64,000 bases of DNA, from assembly GCA_951406725.2 (NCBI GenBank), contig OX597819.1, positions 99,696,001 through 99,760,000 on the forward strand, given 5' to 3'. A model generated the notes under the pieces. That model saw only the letters and a list, made by a program, of their open reading frames with translations. It had not been told where the DNA came from and ran no database searches. This DNA comes from Octopus vulgaris. Lineage: Eukaryota. This document shows positions 1-12,722 of the stretch, in pieces. Every line of letters starts with the position of its first letter. Positions within the stretch are counted from its first letter, which is position 1. A program made the position numbers and the translations under genes.

Positions 1-213
1 CATTAAGTGCCGAAAATGAATTCCTTATCTTCCATTTTAAAGGGTTACAGCATTAACACAGGTTATAGGAACATAAACCTTCTTCCACGAAAAGATAGTT
101 TAAACTGTGCTTTAAATGGAGGTGTAGTCAAATCCTATTTTATGGATTCAACCACGTTCTAAAATAAGTCGAAAGGTAAGCTACTATAAATTGGCACGAA
201 CTTACCAGACAAC

Positions 214-215
<2 letters not shown>
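1..215 (-). mobile_element. 5' end of a mariner-family DNA transposon (TIR plus start of transposase), cut by the window edge
   Basis: The reverse complement matches 40049-40265 (TTGGGTTGTC.GG.AAGT.CGTGCC TIR, then ATGGAAGATAAG start). It abuts a (TA)n tract. Confidence 0.8.
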
Positions 216-259
<44 letters not shown>

Positions 260-514
260 AAGTAGTAAATAAATGGCACAACTATTTACCGATATTTACT
301 GGAAATAGCGAACGTAAAAATACGACGCTAATGTATAGCTTCACCGCGTATGTATTAGTAAAAATGCGTATGTGCAACAAACTAGAGAAAAACGTCTTAC
401 CTCCAGGGAGAACATCTGAAAGATGAAATACCCGGAAAAGGATAATGTGCGACCTGCAGGTTTCAGATTTTACAAGATATGTCTGCCACCCATATTTTAT
501 TCTATCTTCATCAG

Positions 515-562
515 CCAAGCATATACCATGACGAAATCTACGATGTTACCACATATATGCAT
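515..562 (+). CDS. candidate small exon (PSIYHDEIYDVTTYMH) of an unidentified plus-strand gene
   Basis: Pyrimidine-rich acceptor attttattctatcttcatcag and donor gtatgt; 48 nt, open. A competing minus-strand exon reading exists. Confidence 0.25.
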
Positions 563-801
563 GTATGTACGTATGTATATATATATGCATTTATATGCAA
601 TTATTTGATTACATTAGAACATTTTAGTTCTTATTTCTAGTATGTAAGTGCTTCTAATATCTAAGTAATTTTCAGTAACAATCACAGCTTACCTTTTTGG
701 CAAAACATTGCATGCTGCTGTCGATATTAATATTTTTGTATAGACATCAGTGATTTGCTAAATCATCCATTGATTTTTATTGTAAAAACTTATACTGACA
801 G

Positions 802-886
802 AGAATTCAGGCCTGAAACTGTCGAAGTCGACCCAGTCCTCACTGATGAGGTAACGGAAATTGCTGAAACTGACCGGTCGTTACAA
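802..886 (+). CDS. candidate exon (EFRPETVEVDPVLTDEVTEIAETDRSLQ), phase 2->0
   Basis: ctgacag acceptor and gtaatt donor (alternative donor gtaacg after 850). Same phase and an EVDP motif like the EIDP exons at 11601 and 17277. Confidence 0.3.
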
Positions 887-1039
887 GTAATTCTTGATTG
901 GTGCTTTCGGACGACCATATTTCTACAATTATGTGCTTTGACTACAATTTTAGAACATTTTAGCTCTTATTTCTAGCACCCTAGTCATATTTAGTGACAC
1001 TTATAGTTTTCCTTTTTAATAGAACATTGCACACTGATT

Positions 1040-1041
<2 letters not shown>

Positions 1042-1108
<67 letters not shown>

Positions 1109-1215
1109 ATATATATATATATGTATGTCTATATATATATAGATATATATATATGTATATATATGTATATATATATATATATATATATAGATATATATAT
1201 ATGTATATATATATG

Positions 1216-1280
<65 letters not shown>
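1042..1280. repeat. (TA)n microsatellite, representative of many in the window (e.g. 3816-4300, 7681-7882, 8129-8320, 8868-9030, 11330-11537, 20427-20528, 28717-28830, 37490-37760, 46600-46857)
   Basis: Direct reading. These tracts generate the spurious YIYIYI ORFs. Confidence 0.97.
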
Positions 1281-1283
<3 letters not shown>

Positions 1284-1639
1284 ATGTATATTAGAAGAAA
1301 TGAGGTAATCAGAAGATCGGATGGTTTATATTTACAGATATTTATTTATATATTACTTTTTTATATATATATCATATCACTTAGATCATTAGCCCTTTCT
1401 CCCATTCCAGTGGGGTTTTCAAATCAAACTAAGTTCCTTTGTGGGGAATTTTAATCATTTTATAGAGTTTCGTAGTGATGGGGAGGAATGTAAGACAGCA
1501 CAAGAGGATGAGATGGATGAGGAGAAAGTGAGAGAGAGAATATGTGTGTATGTGTATGTGTGTGTGTGTGTGTGTGTTTGTATCTGAGGTGAGTGCTAAA
1601 GAGAAAGAGGGGAAGGGAGAGGGAAGAAGAAGGAAATAA

Positions 1640-3813
1640 TGTTTCATGTCTTCTATGCAAGCCGTATGCCAGAAATATGTCCCAGAGCACAAGGCCAAAA
1701 CAAATAGGAGCAAGATTCCAAGAGACAGGAAGATCCTCATGAGACGACGGACGAAGGTTGCAAATCGTCTCAACCAACATCCCAAAAGTAGCGAAACGTC
1801 CCGCTTAAAAACAACACCGATGGAGATCGAAAAAAGGCTGCAAAAATCCTATGTGAAGGAGAAAGCAGACAAAGAAGCCTGGGTTATAAAAAACATTAAA
1901 TCAAACCCAAAGGCCTTCTTTCATTACGCAAAAGAAACAGTCTCAGTGCACTACAAGATAGGACCCCTCCTCCAAAAGGATGACTCCCTCACAGACTGTC
2001 CAACTATGATCAGTAAAATGCTGAATGACCAGTTCAAAAGTGTCTTTACCACCCCGTTGGAACACAGACAAGTGAACGAACCAGTGGGCTTCTTTGCCGC
2101 CTCACCTATAACCAGCGAGGCGGTTACAATAGAATGTATTGACATTAGCGAAAAAGATGCCCTACTAGCCATAGATGAAGTGGACACAAACTCAGCTGCT
2201 GGTCCAGACGGTTTCCCAGCCATCCTCCTCAAAGCGTGTAAGCATGCCCTGGCAAAACCCCTCAAGATTCTCTTCCAGAGCTTTCTTGCGAATGGCAAAC
2301 TGCCAAGCAAGCTGAAGGAGGGAATAATATGCCCAATACATAAAGGGGGAAGTAGAGCAGATGCCAAAAACTATAGGCCTATCTCTCTGACTTCACACAT
2401 CAGTGGATAGTCAGAAAGAAACTAATCGTATTCCTTGAGGAAAATAACTTGCTGAGTAATACCCAGCATGGTTTTCGACCAGGTAGGAGCTGCCTGACCC
2501 AGCTCTTACAGCATTATGACTGGGTGTTGAGGCAGTTACTCAACAAATCAAATGTGGACGTAATCTACCTTGATTTTGCAAAAGCTTTTGACAAGGTGGA
2601 TCATGGTATGATATGCCACAAACTACGTGACCTCGGCATAGCTGGAAAACTTGGAGTGTGGTTGCATGACTTCCTGAAAGATAGGAGTCAGGCAGTAGTG
2701 GTTAATGGAGCCACCTCTATGAACACACAAATAGTGAGCGGTGTTCCACAGGGCACTGTCTTGGGACCACTGCTTTTTATAGTGGCCCTCTCAGATATGC
2801 CCTCAAATTCCCGGATAGCCACTCTGGCCAGCTATGCAGACGATACGAAAGTCTCGCAGAAAATACAGAACCCCAGCGATGTTGCACACCTGCAGCAGGA
2901 GTTGGACTCAATCTACAGATGGGCTGAGCATAATAATATGCAGTTTAATGCTGAAAAATTCCAGGCCCTGCGCTACCAGCATCCAAAACTGAATATTAAA
3001 CTTACAGGATACATCGGTCCACAGGGAATTTCAATCCCAGAGCCTAAGTCTGTGAGGGACCTGGGTATCGACATGAGTGATGATACCTCTTTCCAAGTGC
3101 ACATTACCAGGATGGCGACAAAGTGCAGACGAATTGCTGGGTGGATCCTAAGAACATTCAGACCCAGAGATAAGGAAACCATGATGGTCCTCTGTCGGAC
3201 ATTCGTCTTCAGTCGCCTGGATTACTGCTCACAGCTATGGTCACCAACCAGTGTAAAATTAACAGCGGACCTTGAAGCAATCCAGAGAAGATTCGCAAAG
3301 AAGTTCGTCTCTTTGCAACAGCTCAGCTACTGGGAAAGGTTGAAACAGCTAAGACTGTACTCCCTGGAGAGAAGACGGGAGAGGTATGCAGTAATATATG
3401 TCTGGAAGATCATGGAAGGAATTGTGCCAAATTTTGGCATTGTAAGCTACATCAATGATAGAACGGGACGACACTGCATAGTGTCAAAGATCCCAGCAAT
3501 GCCATCGCGCTTCAGGACCAGCTTCTGCAACAGCCTGGGTTTCAAGGGCCCACAGCTTTTTGATATTCTTCCAAAGAGTCTGAGGAACTTGCACAAAATA
3601 GATGTAGCGGTTTTAAATCAAAGCTGGACATTTTCCTGTCAAGAGTACCAGATGAACCTACCTCACGGCAAGAGGTGCAAATGAGAGTAGCTGTATCAAA
3701 CTCCATTCTTCACCAAGTGCCACATATTAGACGAGGTTCGTCGCAATAACAGTGTAGCACAAAACGGCAGTGCATCAGCATGGCCGCAGCTCTGAGCTGA
3801 AACTAGAAAAAAA

Positions 3814-3814
<1 letters not shown>
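1640..3814 (+). mobile_element. 5'-truncated non-LTR retrotransposon (LINE, CR1/Proto2-like RT), frameshifted ORF2
   Basis: ORFs 1646-2410 and 2449-3684 carry [49 protein letters not shown] and YSLERRRERY. The 3' tail GGCAGTGC..CATGGCC..hairpin..AAAC is followed by (TA)n. Confidence 0.93.
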
Positions 3815-3897
<83 letters not shown>

Positions 3898-3900
3898 TAT

Positions 3901-3956
<56 letters not shown>

Positions 3957-4057
3957 TATACGTATATATATGTACATATATATATACATATATATATACA
4001 TATATATATATACATACATATATATATATACATATATATATATATACATATATATAC

Positions 4058-4107
<50 letters not shown>

Positions 4108-4300
4108 TTACATATATACATATATATATATACATATATATATACATATATATATATACATATATATATATACATATATATATATACATATATACATATA
4201 TATATATACATATATATACATATATATATATATATACATATATATACATATATATATATATACATATATATACATATATATACATATATATGTATATATA

Positions 4301-7300
4301 TTCCAAACAAGGAATCCCCAAATCTGCCGCTATTCCCAGCGAGACAGATTGTGTTTGCACAGGGATTGCCCCTTTACCCATCTCCCGGGGACTCGTCGGA
4401 CATTTAAAGATAACCACTCACATAAAAATAGCCGCGGCCACAGTCACCTGCGGTTCCCTAGACAGGAAACCACCTCTTCTTCCACTTTTTTAGCTATAAT
4501 GAATCTAGCAAAAGAACTGGAAAAAAACATCCGAGCTATCACCCACCGCCATCCACCACTATTACCCCACTACACATGCCATTAAAAAGCAATCAAATTA
4601 ACAAATCACCAAAACAATTAAAACCATCCACTCTCGCCTCAACATTTCTGCTTAATGCCCAAGGCATCAGCCCTTCCACCAATACACAAAAATGGAAGAT
4701 AAGATTCCTGGAGGACTGGGTCGAGGCCCATCCAAACCACATCCCTTTCTTCGTCCTCACTGAAACCCATCTTAGTGACCTCCACTTGGAAGCCGAGGTG
4801 AAAGTTAAAAATTTCAAAACCATTCGTGCTGATCGTGTTGGCAGAAGAAAGGGTGGGACTGCCATTTATGTCCATGATTCATTCTCAACAGAAGCCATGA
4901 ACATATTTTCGAATGGATACTGCGAAGCAGTCGCTGTATTCAGTCAAACCAACAACTTAATAGTAGTTGGGCTCTACAGACCACCCCAAACGCCCCTACC
5001 ATGCTTCAAGGAATGCCTCAACAGCATAAAGTGTTTCATTCAGCAGTGTCAACCTGACAACATTTTAATGATGGGAGATTTCAACCTTCCCGGGGTTGAC
5101 TGGTCTACAAACAGTCTGCCGCCAGGTTCTTCTCTCTCAACCCCTGACAGGGAGGCAGTGGAATCGCTTCTTGACTTCATGGATGACTTCTTCTTGTCCC
5201 AACTGGTACTCGAACCAACGAGATGTCACAAAAACGTCTTAGACTTAATTTTCAGCAATCACACTGATACTATCCACAATATTGCAGTGGAGAAAACCCT
5301 ACTCTCCGACCATGACATGGTTCTCTGTGATCTGAGATTTCACTGGCCAAAATGCAAAACAAATGTCATCCCTCCTGTTCATCCATTTGACACTATGGAT
5401 TTCCACAATGCAAACTGGGAAGCGATCAATAATGATCTTGCACAAGTCGATTGGTCCTTCGCGCACACATACACACCCACTAACATCAAAAAGTCCTGGC
5501 AGTCACTTGTAGACACCATCACGAACATATGTGCAAGACACACCCCATTAAGATCTGCAAACAAATCTAAGTGTCGAATCCCTAGAAATAGAAAATCTCT
5601 CATAAGGAAAATTAAAAGAATCAACAAAAAGATCAACATGCTGAAATACTGTCAACAGCAACACACCAACCTGACTGCCATCTCGTCGCTAGAGATTAAA
5701 AAACATAAACTCCAAAACAACATGATGTCTATCATCAATAGTCAGCGAAGAGCTGAAGAGGCCTGGGCCATTGAGAAGATCAAACTCAATCCCAAAGTGT
5801 TCTTTTCATTTGCAAAAAAACACAGAGTCACTGGTTCTACTGTTGGCCCTCTGATTGATGAAAATGGTATTCTTCAAGACAATGCCAAAACCATGGGAGA
5901 AATATTGCAGAAACAATATTGCTCTGTTTTCAACAATCCTGATATGACTGATCTGGGCTGTATCAGTGATGTTACTCCCCAATACACTTTATCGGACATA
6001 ACATTTGGCGCTCCTGATGTCTTAGCAGCAATAAAGGAAATGAAGCATAATTCAGCAGTAGGTCCCGATAGGTTCCCTGCTTGTGTCTTGAAGATGTGTC
6101 AAAACCAACTTGCACCCCCTCTAGCCAATCTGTGGCGGAACTCATTGGATGCTGGATATATACCAGAAGACCTTCTATCCCAGTCTGTTGTCCCAGTTTT
6201 CAAAAAAGGAAACAAATCGCTTGCCGTGAATTACCGTCCAATCTCACTCACCTCTCATATCATCAAGGTATTTGAGAGGGTGCTGAGATCGCGTATGACT
6301 CACTTCCTTGAGAGTCATAATATGCTGAACCCCAACCAGCATGGATTCCGTAATGGGAGAGATTGCCTGACGCAGCTACTGCATCATTTTGATGACATTT
6401 TGAGAGCCTTGGGAGAGGGTTCCAACACTGATGTCATCTACCTTGATTTCAGCAAGGCCTTTGACAGGGTTGATCATAAGATCCTTCTGAGAAAGCTGTC
6501 CAATATTGGTGTCACTGGAAAGCTGCTGCAATGGATCAAGTGCTTCCTCTCTAACAGAACCCAACATGTTGTAGTCGAAGGAGTCAAATCCAGCCCAGCC
6601 AAAGTCAGCAGTGGTGTCCCACAAGGCACTGTGTTGGGCCCACTTCTCTTCATCATCTACATAAATGATATTACTGACACCATCAAACACAGCAACATCA
6701 GAACCTTCGCTGATGATTCCAAGCTCCAGAAGGTCATCAATGGCGTGGATGACCGAATAAACCTTCAGTCAGACCTACTAGCTGTTGTCCAATGGGCGGA
6801 AAAGAATAACATGTTGCTAAATGAAGACAAATTCGAACTGATCCACTTTGGAAGGGAGGACGCTCTGAAACTCCCATACTCTCTTCCTTCTGGAGAAATT
6901 CTCATGGCATCCAACAACATCAGAGACCTGGGAGTAACAGTGGACAACAACATAAGCTGGGCTACACATATAAGCAGCAAAGTTGACATGGCCCGCAGAA
7001 TGTGTTCCTGGATTCTCAGAACCTTCCAGTCGAGAGATTCCCACGCTATTATCCTTCTCTTCTCCACTTTTGCCCGACCCCACCTTGAATACTGCTGTCC
7101 ACTGTGGTCTCCCTACACAAAACAAAATATTATGAGAATTGAAGCTCCCCAAAGGTCAATCACAAAAAAGATAGATGGCATGTCAGACCTTGACTACTGG
7201 GGTAGACTAGAGAAGCTGAAACTGTATTCACTCCAACGACGCCGTGAACGCTACATTATCTGTATGATGTGGAAAATATTCCATCAGCACTGTCCGAATG

Positions 7301-7680
7301 ATGTTGGCATCACCTTCAAAATGCATCCAAGGCTTGGACCACGTGCCATCCGTCCACAACAAAAATCTAAATCGCATCACATAACGACAATACGGCACAA
7401 CTATTTCACCTCAATTGGACCCGCTCTCTTCAACATTACACCAGGACACGTCAAAAAAGAAACTGACCACACAAAATTCAAGAAGTCTTTGGACAAATTC
7501 CTTCAAACAGTACCGGACAAACCATCCACACCCGGATATGTCTCCGCAAACAATAACTCTCTGCTCGAATGGGCCTTGGTGCCCAAATCCTGAACTGAAA
7601 GACTTCGCCAGGTGGTGCTATTAAGTTAGACATGGCCTGGGCCAATACTGGCCAAAAACCTTTCTAAGTTATTCTAAGTT
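4301..7680 (+). mobile_element. LINE with intact ORF2, 5'-truncated in ORF1, inserted in (TA)n
   Basis: ORF1 remnant to 4585 with a C-x8-C-x4-C-x3-H finger ([19 protein letters not shown]), overlapping the ORF2 start by 10 nt. The 3' UTR ends in (TTCTAAGTTA)2. TA arrays lie on both sides. Confidence 0.95.
4576..7593 (+). CDS. LINE ORF2: apurinic-like endonuclease plus reverse transcriptase (1005 aa, uninterrupted)
   Basis: APE motifs NAQG, LTETHL, YRPP, MGDFN, LDLIF, SDH. RT motifs [26 protein letters not shown]. Confidence 0.95.
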   Translation: MPLKSNQINKSPKQLKPSTLASTFLLNAQGISPSTNTQKWKIRFLEDWVEAHPNHIPFFVLTETHLSDLHLEAEVKVKNFKTIRADRVGRRKGGTAIYVHDSFSTEAMNIFSNGYCEAVAVFSQTNNLIVVGLYRPPQTPLPCFKECLNSIKCFIQQCQPDNILMMGDFNLPGVDWSTNSLPPGSSLSTPDREAVESLLDFMDDFFLSQLVLEPTRCHKNVLDLIFSNHTDTIHNIAVEKTLLSDHDMVLCDLRFHWPKCKTNVIPPVHPFDTMDFHNANWEAINNDLAQVDWSFAHTYTPTNIKKSWQSLVDTITNICARHTPLRSANKSKCRIPRNRKSLIRKIKRINKKINMLKYCQQQHTNLTAISSLEIKKHKLQNNMMSIINSQRRAEEAWAIEKIKLNPKVFFSFAKKHRVTGSTVGPLIDENGILQDNAKTMGEILQKQYCSVFNNPDMTDLGCISDVTPQYTLSDITFGAPDVLAAIKEMKHNSAVGPDRFPACVLKMCQNQLAPPLANLWRNSLDAGYIPEDLLSQSVVPVFKKGNKSLAVNYRPISLTSHIIKVFERVLRSRMTHFLESHNMLNPNQHGFRNGRDCLTQLLHHFDDILRALGEGSNTDVIYLDFSKAFDRVDHKILLRKLSNIGVTGKLLQWIKCFLSNRTQHVVVEGVKSSPAKVSSGVPQGTVLGPLLFIIYINDITDTIKHSNIRTFADDSKLQKVINGVDDRINLQSDLLAVVQWAEKNNMLLNEDKFELIHFGREDALKLPYSLPSGEILMASNNIRDLGVTVDNNISWATHISSKVDMARRMCSWILRTFQSRDSHAIILLFSTFARPHLEYCCPLWSPYTKQNIMRIEAPQRSITKKIDGMSDLDYWGRLEKLKLYSLQRRRERYIICMMWKIFHQHCPNDVGITFKMHPRLGPRAIRPQQKSKSHHITTIRHNYFTSIGPALFNITPGHVKKETDHTKFKKSLDKFLQTVPDKPSTPGYVSANNNSLLEWALVPKS

Positions 7681-7696
7681 ATGTATATATATATAT

Positions 7697-7727
<31 letters not shown>

Positions 7728-7831
7728 CATATGTATATATATATATATACATAAATATACATATATATATATACATATATATATATGTATATATATATGT
7801 ATATATATATATACATATATATATACATATA

Positions 7832-7876
<45 letters not shown>

Positions 7877-8014
7877 GTATATCATTGAGAGAAGAAAGAG
7901 ATGTACGCTTCAATTCTATGCTGTTGCCGCATTATGTCGTACGCGAATGAGAGGATTTGCATCCCCAACCAAGAATTTTTGATGTAACACATGTCCTTGT
8001 AGAAGCTGTTGTGC

Positions 8015-8092
8015 GCGGCTGAAGAAGGCCACAGACATACATTATGCATTGTTATAAATCTGTCTAATAAAGGCCCGAAACATATGTACCGC
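8015..8092 (+). ncRNA. minimal type I hammerhead ribozyme motif in a short Penelope-like remnant (~7885-8128) between TA tracts
   Basis: gcgg-CTGAAGA-aggcc...ggccc-GAAA-catatg-TA-ccgc: stem I gcgg/ccgc, palindromic stem III, GUA cleavage triplet. Confidence 0.75.
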
Positions 8093-8289
8093 TGAATCCT
8101 TGGCATCATGTTTTTATTTTGATCAATTTATATATGTATATATATATGTATATATATATATGTATATATACATATATATATATACATATATATACATATA
8201 TATATACATATATATATGTACGTATATATATACATTTATATATATATATATATATATACACATATATATATACATATATATATATATAC

Positions 8290-8320
<31 letters not shown>

Positions 8321-8923
8321 AAACTTAGATAAAACTTAGATATGTTTCGACCAAAGATTGGTCCAGGCCATGTCTAACTTAATAGCACCACCTGATAGGA
8401 TTATTCGAATCCTGTTTAAGTCAAGTTTTGTTCAAGTAGCGAGTTCTTGTTGGGTGAGTTGTATCCAATTATGGGTGGCTTATCTAGTTTTCTTTGAAGG
8501 AATCTATCCAGACTCCGTTTAAAGTTGATGGGATCCTTTTCCTCTTTGATCTCCCTCGGGACAATGTTAAATAGGGCAGGGCCTGTTGAGGAAAAGAAAT
8601 TATGTTGCAGTGTACATGTATGTTGTGATCTTGAATTGGGCAGGTTACGTATGGCCCGTGGTCCCATTGAAGCTAATGTTTAGGTCGTTTGGGCAAAGTT
8701 GGCGGTATATTCTCCACATCGTACAAATGATGTACCGCTCACGGCGACGCTGGAGGGAGTAAAGTTTCAAGGCTTTAAGGCGATCCCAATAATCGAGAGC
8801 AGCCATGCCTTCAATTCGTTTAGTGAGTGCCCTCTGGGGTGACTCAATTCCGGAGATGTTTTGTCTTGTATGTATATATATACATATATATATACATATA
8901 CATATATATATACATATATATAT

Positions 8924-8962
<39 letters not shown>

Positions 8963-8981
8963 TATATACATATATATATAC

Positions 8982-9027
<46 letters not shown>

Positions 9028-11330
9028 ACAAATTGGAAGGTTTGGAGATGATGTACAGGTATTATCAATGTCTGGTGTGGAGAGACATTCCGGCCAGTCC
9101 TCTCTGAGGATCTCTTTTTGGATCGATTTCCAATCTGCTTTGTGGAAGTTCAGATTGGAGAGATTCGGGTGCTTCCTTTAGGCTGTATGTCTCTGGTTAC
9201 TTTCGGCCCAAACATAGGCAGCTCTATTATGTTGTGATCCGAAACTGATGTCGGTGTCACTTTCACATGATGAATGATGTCCATATTGTTCGTGAAGCAG
9301 AGATCCAGAATGTTACTCGCCCTAGTTGGCTTGAGTACAACTTGCTCCATGAATAAGGCATTGGTGAGGTTGAGCAGAGACTCCACCTTTACTTGCTTGC
9401 AATGATCCATTCCTGAGAGTATGTGACCTTCGGGCCATTTGACGTTGGGGAAGTTGAAATCACCCATAAGAAATATGGTCTCGTGGTGTTCCAGATTCAT
9501 CAGGATTTCTTCAATTCTTGTGAGGCAATCTTCAAACTTGCCTATGTGATTTGGGGCATCCGGTGGGCAATGTGTATTGCATATGACTATATTATGTTGT
9601 CTTATGTATACAAGGTGTCACATACCGAATTTGAGTATGTCATCAAGACCTAGGGTGTGAGGTCATCTCGGATGTATACAGCAACTCCACCATGGCTCCT
9701 TTCCCTTCTGTCTGTTCGCAGTATGGCATAGTTTGGTATGTGTACTTCTGCGTCCTCTATATCAAGGTTGAGGTGAGTTTCCACAAGTGCTATGCATAGG
9801 GCTTGATTGCATGCAGTAATACGAGGGGCGTTCAATAAGTAATGCCCTTGACCCACTTGCAGTTGTTTGATCTAGCTGAAATTTTGCATGTGTACTTATG
9901 TATACCTTTATAGATTAAGTGGCGAATTACAGCTCTGAACTAATTGTGGTTTCTGATTTACAGGTATTTGAACTGAGTCAAGTGTGAAATGGAGCCTGTT
10001 GAGTGTCGAGCAGTGATCTGGTTTTTGTATTTGAAAGGACGCACACCACGGGAGACTTCTGATGAAATGAAAGTAACTTATGGTGATGATGCCCCATCAT
10101 ATGACCTCGTAAAACGCTGGCATTGTGAATTCAAACATAGTCGGAACTCTGTGGAAACAGCTCCCAGATCTGGTCGCCCCCTTCTGCCGTTGATGTGACG
10201 TCTGTCCGTCAAGTTGAGGCTGCCATTTTGGAAGGTCAACGCATAACTATTCGCCAAGATTAGTACCGGGTCTGTGGAAACTATCATTCATGACCATTTG
10301 CATATGCAAAAGGTGTCTGCCAGATGGATTTCCAGGTTGCTCACACCTTTGCAGAAGCAAGAACGCGTTGAGTGCTCGAGGATGAATTTGGAGATGTGCC
10401 AAGAAGATGAGTCAAAATTTTTCAAAAGACTGATCACACAGGATAAAACCTGGGTCCATCACTATGATCCATAGACCAAAGCCCAGTCAATGCAGTGAAA
10501 GCACCGTGACTCACCCCCTCCAAAGAAGGCAAGGGTGCAGCCCTCCGCTGACAAGGTTATGCTCACAGTCTTCTGGGACCAGGACGGAGTAGTGATGACA
10601 GATTTCCTGGCAAAGGGTACCACAATTACAGGAGCCTATTATGCTTCACTTTTGAGGAAATTAAGAGAAGCTATCAAAATCAAGAGGCGAGGCAAGATCA
10701 GCAAAGGCCTCCTCCTCCTGCAGGACAACGCTCCGGTCCACAACTCGCGTGTCGTCAGATCAGAAGCACAGGCGTGAACCTATGAACTCCTCCCCTTGCA
10801 CCCTCTGATTTTCACCTCTTCCCAGCCATGAAGTTGATTTTGAAAGGAAAGCTTTTCCCAGATGATGCAGCCTTGATTTCTGAAGTCACGTCGTGGTTGG
10901 AGGACCAAGCTGGGGTCTTCTACAAAAACGGTCTCCAGAGCTGTATCAAACGATGGGAGAAACGCATAACTCTGGGTAGTTCCTATGTAGAAAAAGACTA
11001 ATAACTGTGCCAAGTGTCGTTGCTCTACCGCTATGGGAAGTGGGTCAGGGGCATTACTTATTGAACGCCCCTCGTATCTCTCAGGAAAAAAATTTTGTTT
11101 CTATTTTGATGCAACAGGCTCCCAATATTTAGTAAAAGTATTGGGGTGACGGCTGTGCAGGCGTTAGGGGAGGCCATCCCGTGTCTGTTGACTGTGGTGG
11201 TCTTGCATAGTGGTGGGCAGGGTTTCCTCTCTGTGCTTGGTGTAGCCAGGTTAGCTGCCGGACAATTCTTTCCGCCATGCATAAAAAAGACTCTTGCTCA
11301 GCTGCTGCGTTGCGCAGAACATCTGAGGAT
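8321..11330 (-). mobile_element. degenerate LINE related to 4301-7680: ORF1 end, APE domain and RT C-terminus; RT core absent; split by a mariner
   Basis: Minus-strand fragments ALVETHL, FLMGDFN, ILDLCF, SDH and [14 protein letters not shown]. The 3' UTR shares CAGGTGGTGCTATTAAGTTAGACATGGCCTGG with the 4301-7680 element. Confidence 0.88.
9822..11074 (+). mobile_element. full-length but defective mariner (Tc1/mariner) transposon with TIRs and TA duplication
   Basis: TIR CGAGGGGCGTTCAATAAGTAATGCCC(T/C)TGACCCACT at both ends, TA at 9820-21 and 11075-76. Transposase fragments MEPVECRAVI, ITQDKTWVHHYDP, LLQDNAPVH and LAPSDFHLF contain stops and frameshifts. Confidence 0.95.
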
Positions 11331-11335
11331 GTATA

Positions 11336-11368
<33 letters not shown>

Positions 11369-11396
11369 GTAGGTCCCGGGTTGATTCGGGGTTATA

Positions 11397-11478
<82 letters not shown>

Positions 11479-11479
11479 G

Positions 11480-11540
<61 letters not shown>

Positions 11541-11600
11541 TAATGATGGATATCAGATATTTAAATATATTTATGTGTAACAATATTTTGTATTTCACAG

Positions 11601-11703
11601 TTCAAAAGATAATAAACGTAACGAAGAAATCGATCCAAATTGGGAGAAAAAGAATATATATATTAACCAAGATTTCCAGGAGTACGAGGAAATTACACCC
11701 GGA
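11601..11703 (+). CDS. probable internal exon ([34 protein letters not shown]) of an unidentified gene; Tyr-motif cytoplasmic-tail-like
   Basis: Acceptor ttttgtatttcacag and donor gtaagt; open in phase 2->0. A paralogous copy with the same splice sites and length is at 17277-17379. Confidence 0.55.
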
Positions 11704-11782
11704 GTAAGTTTATTTTTCTGTAACTAGACATACTTATTGCGATTCCCTTCAATGTTATGACGATCTAGTTAAGTTTTCATTT

Positions 11783-12150
11783 GAAGGCTGTGAGTTAGAA
11801 GAATCGGTAGCACGCGGACAAAATGCTTAGCGGCATTTCTTCTGGCGTTGTATTGTGATTTCAAATTTCAATTCGGTCAACTTTGCTTTCTTTCTTCCAC
11901 TGTCGATAAAATTCGCGCCAACTGAGTACTGGGATCAATGTAATCGAATTGCGTCTCCTCCGAAATTGCTGGTCTTGTTTGAAACGATTATTACATTTTC
12001 TTTTGGAAGCATTAAGATGATAGAATCGCTAGCACGTGGACAAAATACGTTGCCTATTTTTTTTAAATTTACGTTGTAAGCTCAAATTTTGTCGAGGTCG
12101 ACTTTACCCTTCATATTTTCGAAGTTGATCGAAATAAATAGCAGTTCAGT
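11783..12150 (+). mobile_element. degenerate copies of tRNA-like SINE family B (GGCGGCGAGCTGGCAGAA...GAGGTCGACTTTGCCTTTCATCC type)
   Basis: Similar to clean copies at 25143 and 52884. Confidence 0.7.
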
Positions 12151-12177
12151 TTTGACATCAAGTATATTTATGATCGT

Positions 12178-12475
12178 GGAAGCGCAATGGCCCAGTGGTT
12201 AGGCCAGCAGACTCGCAGTCGGAGGATCGTGGTTTCGATTCCCAGGACGGGCGTTGCATGTGTTTATTGAGCGAAAACACCTTAAAACTCCACAAGGCTC
12301 CGGCAGGGGAGGGGGAGTACTCTTTCGCCACAACTTTCTCTCACTCTCTTCCTGTTTCTTGAGTAACGCTGCAATGGACTGGCGTCCTGTCCAGCTGGGG
12401 GAAACACATACACCACAGAAACCGGGAAACCGGGCCCATAAGCCTGGCTAGGCTTGATAAGGGCGACGTTTATCG
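12178..12475 (+). mobile_element. tRNA-derived SINE with Deu/Nin-like central domain
   Basis: A box TGGCCCAGTGG, B box GGTTTCGATTCCC, and CTGCAATGGACTGGCGTCCTGTCCAG...GAAACCGGG resembling the DeuSINE/Nin domain as I recall it. Confidence 0.7.
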
Positions 12476-12722
12476 TTATATTTGTGATCACAAAGTTTCC
12501 AGCCCTCACTATCTCGTTTCCTTTTACGACGTAATGTATCTTCAGATATTTTATTAAATGCGTTGTTCGTTTATGCAACATAATATGGTGTTGATATTAC
12601 TAGTCCCTAGCCGGTCGATAAATTATGCGGATGAAATATCTTATTAATGATATTGTATGTTAGAAATATCATTATTTCTAATTTTCTCTAAAGGAGACTA
12701 CGGCAATGGTTCTGGATATTAA

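Noticed and set aside
843-870. CTGATGA...GAAA hammerhead-like string
   Set aside because: No stem II or stem I pairing; probably chance.
12178-12255. tRNA gene
   Set aside because: It has A and B boxes but continues into a SINE body. The same applies to the other tRNA-like heads.
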